From the NCBI GenBank assembly GCA_049512315.1, contig JBEKXF010000003.1, positions 1-64,000 on the forward strand: a DNA stretch of 64,000 bases. The letters are read 5' to 3'. Shown here one piece after another: positions 45,154-53,076 of the stretch. A program made the position numbers and the translations under genes. The stretch's first letter is position 1. Each line of letters begins with the position of its first letter. The DNA comes from Candidatus Aminicenantales bacterium (GTDB lineage Bacteria > Acidobacteriota > Aminicenantia > Aminicenantales > Saccharicenantaceae). The notes under the pieces were generated by a model. The model searched no databases. It was not told the origin of the DNA and was given only the letters and a program-made list of their open reading frames with translations.

Positions 45154-45591
45154 CTAGCCCTTCGTCCCGCCCCCCCGCCTCAGATGTTCTTCCCAGGTGA
45201 TGAAGCTGTGATAGAAGATCTCGTCCCCTTCGTCGATCCCCCGGGTAATCTCCGTGATGTGGGACGTTTCCGCCTTGAAGGCCTCGACCGCGTAGACGAC
45301 GGCTTTGTCGGGTTTGACCTTGGCCCCGCACGTGTAGATGTCCAGGGCAGCGTAGCCCATTTCAGGCCAGGTGTGGGTCGAGATGTGTGACTCGGAGATG
45401 ACGACGACGCCGCTCACCCCGTGCGGCGGAAACTTGTTGAACGAGATCGACCAGACATGGGCCCCGGCGATCTCCGCGGCTTTCACCAGGATCTGCTGGA
45501 CCTTCTCGACACTCCCGATGATCTTCGGGTCGCAGCCGGACGCCTCCACGATGTAGTGGTGGCCGATCGGGAAATGGGTCGTTTTCGTCAT
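45154..45591 (-). CDS. speD: Pyruvoyl-dependent S-adenosylmethionine decarboxylase proenzyme (class 1b)
   Basis: G.H, F.P.GVSG, E|SH cleavage site (ISESHISTHTWPE), D.YTCG; AAGGAG RBS. Confidence 0.88.
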   Translation of the reverse strand: MTKTTHFPIGHHYIVEASGCDPKIIGSVEKVQQILVKAAEIAGAHVWSISFNKFPPHGVSGVVVISESHISTHTWPEMGYAALDIYTCGAKVKPDKAVVYAVEAFKAETSHITEITRGIDEGDEIFYHSFITWEEHLRRGGGTKG

Positions 45592-45725
45592 CGCCTGCTC
45601 CTTCGCGGTTCTTAAAATTTGATTATGGCACAACTGCGGATTCTGTCAAGAATCCATAGTCGGGCTCCGGAGGTGGCCTCAGCCTTCTCCGAAGCCCAAG
45701 TCCCTCGAAGGACGCTTCGGGAAGG

Positions 45726-46169
45726 CTAGACCGCGACGCGGCGCTCCTCTTTCACGACATTGAGGACGATGTGGGTCACGGTCCGGTCGACGAAGGGGAA
45801 GCCCAAGAGCTTCTTGATAAACCGGTTGAGGTCCTCCCGGTCCTTGAAATAGCCGATGATGAAGGAGTCCCACTCGCCGGTGACGTCATAAACGGCCGCC
45901 ACGCGCGGGTCCTGGGCGAATTTTTTCTGCGTCTCGAGGAGCTTGCCCTTCGAGATGCGGACGGCGATGATGGCGATCAGGTTGATCCCGAAGTACTCGG
46001 GGTTCACGACCGGGACGTAGCCCTTGATGGCCCCGGCCGCCTCCAGCTTTTTGACCGTGTTGATGACGGCCGTGGCCGAGGTCCCGACCTCCTTGGCCAC
46101 CTCCCGGAAGCTCTTCCGGGCGTTGGCGTTCAGGGCCCAAACGATTTTGCGGTCCAGTTCATCGATCAT
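45726..46169 (-). CDS. Lrp/AsnC-family regulator
   Basis: IDELDRKI..L..NAR.S.RE.A HTH; VYDVTGEWD; RT.T.IVL; GGAGG RBS. Confidence 0.92.
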   Translation of the reverse strand: MIDELDRKIVWALNANARKSFREVAKEVGTSATAVINTVKKLEAAGAIKGYVPVVNPEYFGINLIAIIAVRISKGKLLETQKKFAQDPRVAAVYDVTGEWDSFIIGYFKDREDLNRFIKKLLGFPFVDRTVTHIVLNVVKEERRVAV

Positions 46170-46204
46170 AGGCTTTCCTCCAATAATCATCATTATTCAC
46201 ACAT

Positions 46205-46280
46205 TTTAAATCAATTGTCAACTAATTATTATAATATCTTGACATTTGATACCTATTAATGTAAGTATCTTGACATACTA
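46205..46280. promoter_or_regulatory. AT-rich divergent lrp/glnA control region
   Basis: Very AT-rich; three TTGACA hexamers; direct repeat TATCTTGACAT at 46235 and 46266. Confidence 0.65.
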
Positions 46281-46304
46281 AATTAGCGAAAGAGAGGTCT
46301 GAAC

Positions 46305-47711
46305 ATGGCAATGCCAGCGACAAGCTCCCTCAAAGCGTTCGGCATGCGGGACGAGAAGGACGTCCTCGGCGCCGTCCTGGACCCCGGCCACGAGATCGAG
46401 TTCATCCGTATCGTCTTCCCCGATATCCTGGGCCGGCCCATGGACTTCGCGATCCCGGCGAGCGAGCTCGAAAAGGCGTTCTCGGAGGGCAAGGGCTTCG
46501 ACGGCTCCTCGGTCGCGGGGTTCGTCCGGATCGAGGAGAGCGACCTGGTCATCAAGCCTGACCCGAGGACCTTCCGGCTCCTCCCCTGGGTGTACAAGGG
46601 CTTCGAAGAAGGCGTCCGCTGGCGCGAGGCGGTCATTTTCGGGGACATCCTTACGCCCGAGGGGAAACCCTATGTCGGCGACAGCCGGGCCGTCCTCAAA
46701 GAGACCCTTGCGAAGGCCCGCAAGGGGATCGGGATCGAGGATTTCAAGTGCGGCCCGGAGCTCGAGTTCTTCATCTTCCCGTCGAGCGAGGAGCCGGTGC
46801 CGACGGACGTCGGGGGCTACTTTTTCAGCGGCCGCTACGGGGAGATCCGGAAGGAGATCCAGCTCCTCCTCCACAAGATGGGCATCGAGACCGAGTACGA
46901 CCATCACGAAGTCGCCCAAAGCCAGCACGAGATCGACCTCCGTTATCTCGACGCCCTGGAAATGGCCGACACGGGCATGATCTTCCGTTACATGGTGAAA
47001 AAAGTCTGCCGGATGCATGACCTCTACGCGACGTTCATGCCCAAGCCCATCAACGGCCAGAACGGGAGCGGGATGCACGTCCATCAATCCCTGTGGAAGG
47101 ACGGTCAGAACCTTTTCTTCGACAAAAAGGGTTCGTATTATCTCTCCGACCTAGCCCGCCATTATATCGCCGGGGTCATGGCCCATGCCCGGGAGATCTC
47201 GGCCGTCCTCAGCCAGTGGGTCAACTCCTACAAGCGGCTCATCGAAGGGTACGAGGCTCCGGTCTATATCGCCTGGGGCCAGAAAAACCGGTCCGCCTAC
47301 ATCCGTGTCCCCGAATACCAGCCGGGCAAGGAGCGGGCAACGCGGATCGAGCTCCGCGCGGCCGACCCGGCCTGCAACATCTACCTGACCTTCGCCGTCA
47401 TGCTGGCCGCGGGGCTCGACGGCATCCGGAAGAAGGAGAGCCTCGTCGACCCGGTCGAGGAGAACATCTACCACATGAGCGGGACGCGCCAGAAGAAATT
47501 CGAGATCCGGGTCCTGCCCAGGAACCTCGATGAGGCCGTCAGGCTCATGGAAAAAAGCGAGCTGGTCCGGGAAACCCTGGGAGACCACATCTTCCAGAAG
47601 CTCGTCGCCAACAAGAAGAAGGAAGTCGAGGAATACGGCAAGAACGTCTCCGGGGAGTTCGACAAGCAGGTCAGCGACTACGAGATCGAGCATTACCTTC
47701 CGTTCCTGTAA
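46305..47711 (+). CDS. glnA: Glutamine synthetase type I (GSI-alpha-like)
   Basis: FDGSS..GF..IEESD, GPELEFF, HHEVA..QHEI, TFMPKP..NGSGMHVHQSL, NSYKRL..GYEAP, NRS..IRVP, RIELR..DP. Confidence 0.9.
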   Translation: MAMPATSSLKAFGMRDEKDVLGAVLDPGHEIEFIRIVFPDILGRPMDFAIPASELEKAFSEGKGFDGSSVAGFVRIEESDLVIKPDPRTFRLLPWVYKGFEEGVRWREAVIFGDILTPEGKPYVGDSRAVLKETLAKARKGIGIEDFKCGPELEFFIFPSSEEPVPTDVGGYFFSGRYGEIRKEIQLLLHKMGIETEYDHHEVAQSQHEIDLRYLDALEMADTGMIFRYMVKKVCRMHDLYATFMPKPINGQNGSGMHVHQSLWKDGQNLFFDKKGSYYLSDLARHYIAGVMAHAREISAVLSQWVNSYKRLIEGYEAPVYIAWGQKNRSAYIRVPEYQPGKERATRIELRAADPACNIYLTFAVMLAAGLDGIRKKESLVDPVEENIYHMSGTRQKKFEIRVLPRNLDEAVRLMEKSELVRETLGDHIFQKLVANKKKEVEEYGKNVSGEFDKQVSDYEIEHYLPFL

Positions 47712-47837
47712 ATTAAGCTGGAGGGGAGGCCACCCCCTCGGCCCAAATCGAGGAGTGTTGCCCGCCCTATTCCTTCTCTATATAATTCCGCCATGCGGTC
47801 GCGACCGCTCATGATCGACGCCGAAAGGAGACCGCGC

Positions 47838-49589
47838 ATGAACCGAACTCCGAAAAAAGCCGCTCCTCCTGTCGTTCCAGCTCCGAAGTCGCGGGCATGG
47901 ATCCCGGCCATCCTCCTCATCGCCGCCGTCCTGGTCTCCGTCTCTTGCGGGCGGAAGGAGGCGGTCCGGCCGGCGGACCTGATCCTGATGAACGGCGCGG
48001 TCTACACGATGGACAAGGCCCAGCCCTGGGCCGAGGCCGTGGCCGTGACGGCGGACAAAATCGTCTACGCGGGCCCGGCCAGGGGCGCCGGCCGCTTCAA
48101 GGGCTCCGGGACGAAAACGATCGACCTCGGCGGCCGGATGGTGCTGCCCGGCTTTCAGGATTCCCACATTCACCTCATCGAGGGCGGAATCGAAACCAGC
48201 CAGTGCAACCTCGGCGGTCTCCAGACCAGGGAGGCCGTCTTTGCCGGGATTAAGGATTATGCGGCCAGCCGCCCCGATGAGAAATGGATCACCGGCGGCC
48301 GCTGGGAGCTGCCGGTCTTCCCCGCGGCCAACCCGACCAAGGAGGACCTGGACAAGCTCGTTCCCGACAGGCCGGCCTGCCTGAGCGCGGCCGACGGCCA
48401 TTCGGCCTGGGTCAATTCGAGGGCCCTGAAGATCGCGGGGATCACCAGGGATACGCCCGACCCCGCGGGCGGCCGGATCGAGCGCAACCCGAAAACCGGC
48501 GAGCCGACGGGGACCCTGCGGGAGAGCGCTGGGGGTCTCGTCGAGGAGCACATCCCGGAGCTCGGCGCCGACGCTTATATAAAAGGATTAAGGGCGGGGC
48601 TCGAGATGGCCCGCCGGTTCGGCATCACCTCGATCATCGAGGCCAACGCCGGCGAAAAGATCCTGGGCGCCTATTCCGCCCTCGATAAGTCCGGGGAATT
48701 GACCCTCCGGGTCCTGGCCTCGCTCCATGTCGACACAGACAAGGGGCCGTCGGAGGTCGACCGCCTGGTCAAGCTGCGGGAGACATATCGGGGTCCTCAT
48801 CTCAGGGCCACGACGGCCAAGATCTTCGCCGACGGAGTCATCGAGTCCCATACGGCCGCCCTCCTCGAGCCCTACCTTGGCCGGCCCGGAGACCGGGGGC
48901 TGCCGCTTCTCGAGCCGGGGGCGTTCGACCGTCTGGCCATCGCCCTTGACGCGGCGGGCTTCCAGATCCACGTCCACGCCATCGGCGACCGGGCCATCAG
49001 GATGACCCTCGACGCCATGGAAGCCGCAGGACGGGCCAACGGGTTGAGGGACCTCCGCCACCACATCTGTCACCTCGAGCTCATCGACCCGGCCGACATC
49101 CCTCGGTTCAAGGCCCTCGGCGTCGTCGCCAATTTCCAGGCCCTCTGGGCCTATGCGGACCCCTATATCACCCAACTCACGATCCCGATCCTCGGCCCCG
49201 GCCGCTCCCGCTGGCTCTACCCGATCGGAAGCGTCGTCAGGACGGGGGCCGTCATCGTCGGGGGAAGCGACTGGTCGGTCTCATCCGCCAATCCCCTCGA
49301 CGCGATCCAGGTGGCCGTGACGCGGCGCGACCCGGAAGGTCCCCCGGGGCCCGCCTGGATTCCCGAGGAGATCGTCGACCTGCCGACCATGCTCGCGGCC
49401 TACACGACGAACGGGGCCTACTTGAGCCACGAAGAGACCGCCCGGGGCTCCATCGCGCCGGGCCTGACCGCCGACCTCATCGTCCTTGACAGGAACCTTT
49501 TCAAGATCCCGGCGTCCGATATTCACAAGGCCAAGGTCCTGCTGACGCTCTTTGAAGGGAAGCCCGTCTTTCGCGCCCTCTCCTTCTGA
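47838..49589 (+). CDS. Amidohydrolase_3 (YtcJ-like) lipoprotein
   Basis: Lipobox SVSC; PGFQDSHIH, DGH..WVNS, K.FADG, HVHAIGD, GGSDW, ADLIVLD; AAAGGAG RBS. Confidence 0.9.
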   Translation: MNRTPKKAAPPVVPAPKSRAWIPAILLIAAVLVSVSCGRKEAVRPADLILMNGAVYTMDKAQPWAEAVAVTADKIVYAGPARGAGRFKGSGTKTIDLGGRMVLPGFQDSHIHLIEGGIETSQCNLGGLQTREAVFAGIKDYAASRPDEKWITGGRWELPVFPAANPTKEDLDKLVPDRPACLSAADGHSAWVNSRALKIAGITRDTPDPAGGRIERNPKTGEPTGTLRESAGGLVEEHIPELGADAYIKGLRAGLEMARRFGITSIIEANAGEKILGAYSALDKSGELTLRVLASLHVDTDKGPSEVDRLVKLRETYRGPHLRATTAKIFADGVIESHTAALLEPYLGRPGDRGLPLLEPGAFDRLAIALDAAGFQIHVHAIGDRAIRMTLDAMEAAGRANGLRDLRHHICHLELIDPADIPRFKALGVVANFQALWAYADPYITQLTIPILGPGRSRWLYPIGSVVRTGAVIVGGSDWSVSSANPLDAIQVAVTRRDPEGPPGPAWIPEEIVDLPTMLAAYTTNGAYLSHEETARGSIAPGLTADLIVLDRNLFKIPASDIHKAKVLLTLFEGKPVFRALSF

Positions 49590-49595
49590 GAAACG

Positions 49596-49676
49596 GGGGA
49601 CGGTCCTGTTTTCCCGTCTTCGTTCGAGCCGGAATTTCCCGCAGAGCTGGGAAAAAACAGGACCGTCCCCTTTTTT
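49596..49676 (+). repeat. Inverted repeat (17-bp perfect arms), REP-like or terminator
   Basis: GGGGACGGTCCTGTTTT (49596-49612) and AAAACAGGACCGTCCCC (49654-49670), followed by T6. Confidence 0.75.
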
Positions 49677-49752
49677 CTCTGCGGCGGCGGTTGACTCCGG
49701 GGCTCTCCGGGTTTATCTTATTAGAAGGATAGATGTATGAGGAGGGGGTAAG

Positions 49753-50055
49753 ATGTATGCACGGGTAACGATACTGGCCGCAAAGAAAGGGAAAGCGGAG
49801 GAGGCCGTCCGGATTTATAAAAACAGCGTCCTTCCCGCCGCCAAGACCCAGAAAGGATACCAGGGATCGTATGTCCTGGTGGACTGGAAGGGGGATAAGG
49901 GCGTTGTCGTGACATTCTGGGAGAGCGAAAAGGTCGCCACGGCCAACGAAGAGAACCGATATTACCAGGAGCAGCTCATCAAGTTCATGAACATCCTGGC
50001 GTCCCCGCCCATCCGCGAGGGCTACGACGTGGCCATCGAAGATCCCATCCGATAG
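49753..50055 (+). CDS. ABM-like dimeric alpha/beta-barrel protein
   Basis: MYARV.., VLP....KG..G, VTFWES; GAGGAGG RBS; upstream TTGACT-17-TATCTT. Confidence 0.8.
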   Translation: MYARVTILAAKKGKAEEAVRIYKNSVLPAAKTQKGYQGSYVLVDWKGDKGVVVTFWESEKVATANEENRYYQEQLIKFMNILASPPIREGYDVAIEDPIR

Positions 50056-50135
50056 AGGCCGAGTCCGCGTCTCCGGCCTTATTTACTGATTCCCTCCGGT
50101 ATGCTATAACATACATTCGGTTAAGCCGGATCCAT

Positions 50136-50780
50136 ATGGACATCGCATCGACAATCATCCAGATCTTCGTGGTCTTCTTCGCGATCACGATCCACGAGGC
50201 CGCCCACGGCTGGGCAGCCCAGAAAATGGGGGATCCGACCGCCTACGCCGCGGGCCGCGTGACGCTGAATCCGCTGGCCCACATCGACCTCATCGGGACC
50301 ATCATCCTTCCCCTCGTCCTCATCCTCGCCCACCAGCCGGCCTTCGGCTGGGCCAAGCCCGTCCCCGTCAACGCCTACAACCTGCGCCACCCTCGCCGGG
50401 ATTACCTGTGGGTTTCCTTCGCCGGGCCCATCGCGAACCTGGCGGCGGCGGCCGCCGCGCTCGTCCTTTTCCTCGCCTTGAAGACTCTCACCTCGAGGGT
50501 CCCGGGCACTTCGTTCCTCGCCAAACCCATCGGCGGACTGTTCCTGATCCTGATCTTCACCATCCTGATCAACATGTCCCTGGCGATCTTCAACCTCATC
50601 CCCGTGCCACCCCTCGATGGAAGCGGGATCCTCTCCGGCCTCCTCTCCGATTCAGCCGCCGCGAAATACGACCGCCTCCGCCCCTACGGCCTGATCGTCA
50701 TCATCATCCTCGTCTATACAAATGTCCTCACGTACATCTTCAGTCCCGTCCAGCGCCTGATCCAGTACCTGATCCGATAG
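50136..50780 (+). CDS. Site-2 protease (M50)
   Basis: HEAAH, GDPT, LNPL.H.D, FGWAKPVP, AGP..N, NLIPVPPLDG. Confidence 0.93.
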   Translation: MDIASTIIQIFVVFFAITIHEAAHGWAAQKMGDPTAYAAGRVTLNPLAHIDLIGTIILPLVLILAHQPAFGWAKPVPVNAYNLRHPRRDYLWVSFAGPIANLAAAAAALVLFLALKTLTSRVPGTSFLAKPIGGLFLILIFTILINMSLAIFNLIPVPPLDGSGILSGLLSDSAAAKYDRLRPYGLIVIIILVYTNVLTYIFSPVQRLIQYLIR

Positions 50781-50781
50781 C

Positions 50782-51582
50782 ATGCCCGAAAACGCCCCCG
50801 ACACCATCCCGATCGAAGACATCCCGGCCGGGCCCGTCTCCGTTGAGGCCCGGGACGGCTACCAAGTCCGGCTCGATATCTTCGAGGGTCCCCTCGACCT
50901 CCTCCTCTTCCTCATCCGGAAGAAAAAGATCGACATTCACGACATTCCCATCGCCGCGATCACCCGCGACTACCTCGACTACCTCAACGGAAAGGGCCAG
51001 ATCAACCTCGACCGGGAGGCCGAGTTCCTGTTCATCGCCGCCCTGCTCATCTACATCAAGTCCCAGATGCTCCTCCCCCGCGAGACCGACCTGGCCGAAC
51101 AGGAGGACCCACGGCAGCTCCTCGTCAACCGCCTCCTCGAATACCAGAAGATCAAGGCGGCCTGCTCCCTCCTCCGCGAAAGGGAGGAGGACCAGATCCT
51201 CCAGTGGAAGCGGACCTTCCTCCCGCCCTTGCCCGGCGAGAGCGAGCTCGATTTCGCGGAGGTCTCGCTCTTCGACCTAGCCGAGTCCTTCTTCCTCATG
51301 ATGAAGCGGAGGTCCGCGGAGGACACCCGCGTTATCCGGGGCCGGGACGTCTCCTACGAGGAGAAGATGAAGGAGCTCTTCGGCCTCCTCCGGGACGGGC
51401 AGGTCCTGGATTTCTTGGCCTATTTCGCGACCCAGGAATCTCTCGAAGAGGCCCTGGTCTCCTTTTTCTGCCTTCTCGAGCTCGTCAAATCCCGGCAGGC
51501 CGTCGCCGTCCAGGACGAGCTCTTCCAGACCATCCGGGTTTGGCTCTGCAAAGACGCGCGCAGGACGGGACATCATGAGTAG
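50782..51582 (+). CDS. scpA: Segregation and condensation protein A
   Basis: FEGPLDLLLFLI..IDI.DIPI, IKS.MLLP, EDPR..LV.RL.EY, F..LLEL. Confidence 0.95.
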   Translation: MPENAPDTIPIEDIPAGPVSVEARDGYQVRLDIFEGPLDLLLFLIRKKKIDIHDIPIAAITRDYLDYLNGKGQINLDREAEFLFIAALLIYIKSQMLLPRETDLAEQEDPRQLLVNRLLEYQKIKAACSLLREREEDQILQWKRTFLPPLPGESELDFAEVSLFDLAESFFLMMKRRSAEDTRVIRGRDVSYEEKMKELFGLLRDGQVLDFLAYFATQESLEEALVSFFCLLELVKSRQAVAVQDELFQTIRVWLCKDARRTGHHE

Positions 51583-52123
51583 CGATCTGAAGAACATCAT
51601 CGAAGCCCTGGTCTTCATTTCCCAGGAGCCGCTGACCCTCGTCCGGATCAAGGCCGTTCTCGAGGGCGCGCCCGACGAGGAGGTCCAGGCCGCCACGGAC
51701 GAGCTTCTCCAGGATTACGCCGCAGCCGGACGGGGGATCCAGGTCGTCCATACGGGCGGCGGCTATATCCTCTCGACCCGGCCGGAGCATGACCGCTGGG
51801 TCCGCAGGCTCCTCCAAATCGAGCGGAAGAACAAGCTCTCGTCGGCCGCGCTCGAAACGCTCTCCGGGATCGCCTACCATCAGCCCGTGACCCAGGCCGA
51901 GATCTCGGCGATCCGGGGCGTCGATTCGACCTACACCCTGAAGACGCTCCTCGAAAAAAAGCTCATCAAGATCATCGGCCGGAAAAAGGCCCCGGGGAAC
52001 CCGCTCGTCTACCGGACCTCGGAGCGCTTCCTCCAGTACTTCGGGCTCAACAGCCTCGACGAGCTACCCTCGGAGGAGGAGATCGGGAAGATCCTCCAGG
52101 AGGAGAAATCGTCCGAGGGATAG
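51575..52123 (+). CDS. scpB: Segregation and condensation protein B
   Basis: IEALVF...EPL, LS.AALETL..IAY.QPVT..EI..IRGV, PG.P..Y.T...FL..FGL.SL.ELP. Confidence 0.95.
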   Translation: MSSDLKNIIEALVFISQEPLTLVRIKAVLEGAPDEEVQAATDELLQDYAAAGRGIQVVHTGGGYILSTRPEHDRWVRRLLQIERKNKLSSAALETLSGIAYHQPVTQAEISAIRGVDSTYTLKTLLEKKLIKIIGRKKAPGNPLVYRTSERFLQYFGLNSLDELPSEEEIGKILQEEKSSEG

Positions 52124-52155
52124 CTCCTAAGTATCGATTCCGCCTATACTTAGAG

Positions 52156-52184
52156 TTGACAAAGGGGGGCGCCTCAGATAGGAT
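52156..52184 (+). promoter_or_regulatory. Sigma70-type promoter of the ispH-rpsA operon
   Basis: TTGACA-17-TAGGAT. Confidence 0.7.
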
Positions 52185-52211
52185 AGGTCATTCTTCTCGG
52201 ATCGTAGAAAC

Positions 52212-53069
52212 ATGGAAATCATCATAGCCGAAGAGAGCGGACTCTGCTACGGCGTCAAGCGGGCCCTGACCATGGCCCGGCGCACCCGCCGGGTCAAGTC
52301 CGGCAAGGTCGTGACCCTCGGGGACCTCATCCATAACCCCCGGGTCGTCGCCAACCTCGCGGCCGAGGGCATCGAGTCGGCGGAGGAGCCGGACGAGGTC
52401 CGGCAGGGCACCGTCATCATCCGGAGCCATGGGGTCTCGCCCGAGATCTACCGCCGCCTCCGGCGCCGGAAGATCGACGTCGTCGACGCCACCTGCCCTA
52501 TCGTTCGGAAGATTCAGCGGCTCGTCGAGGCCCTGGCCCGGAAGGGACGGGAGGTCGTCATCGTCGGCGACCGCAACCATCCGGAGACGCGCGGCCTCCT
52601 CGGCCACAGCCGCGGCAAGGGCGTCGTCGTCGAGGACGAGGCCCAGGCGCGCGCGCTCCCCTCCCGGAAGGCGCGGGCCGTCCTGGCCCAGTCGACGCAC
52701 GACCTCGGGTCCTTTCGGAGGGTCGCCGCCGCCCTGGTCGAAAAGACCCGGGAGCTCACCGTCTACAATACCATCTGCGATTCGACCCTGACCCGGCAGA
52801 GGTCGACGTCCGATCTGGCCGGCCGGGTCGACACGCTGTTCATCGTCGGCGGCCGGACGAGCTCCAACACGACCCGGCTCTACGAGATGTCCAAGCGCAT
52901 CCAGCCCCGGACCTTCTTCATCGAGAACGCCACGCAGATCACCCCGGCCATGCTCCGGGGCGCGAAGACGATTGGGATTTCCGGAGGGGCCTCGACCCCC
53001 CCCGAGGCGGTCCAAGAAGCCGTCGACGCCATCGAACGGAGCTTCCAACAGAATCCAGCGAGGGAGTAA
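52212..53069 (+). CDS. ispH: 4-hydroxy-3-methylbut-2-enyl diphosphate reductase
   Basis: G.C.GV.RA, IHN, SHG, DATCP.V, HPE, QST, NTIC, SSN, GASTP. Confidence 0.95.
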   Translation: MEIIIAEESGLCYGVKRALTMARRTRRVKSGKVVTLGDLIHNPRVVANLAAEGIESAEEPDEVRQGTVIIRSHGVSPEIYRRLRRRKIDVVDATCPIVRKIQRLVEALARKGREVVIVGDRNHPETRGLLGHSRGKGVVVEDEAQARALPSRKARAVLAQSTHDLGSFRRVAAALVEKTRELTVYNTICDSTLTRQRSTSDLAGRVDTLFIVGGRTSSNTTRLYEMSKRIQPRTFFIENATQITPAMLRGAKTIGISGGASTPPEAVQEAVDAIERSFQQNPARE

Positions 53070-53076
53070 ACGTGCC

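Noticed and set aside
45626..45640. TGGCAC motifs at 45626 and 12423 as sigma54 promoters
   Set aside because: There is no GC at the required GG-N10-GC spacing.
46260..46275. GlnR/TnrA box upstream of glnA
   Set aside because: The spacing is TGTNA-N6-TNACA, not N7.
46305..47711. glnA as a gamma-glutamyl-polyamine synthetase, given speD nearby
   Set aside because: It retains the DGSS..GF..IEESD and GYEAP motifs typical of true GSI. Not strictly excluded without a phylogeny.
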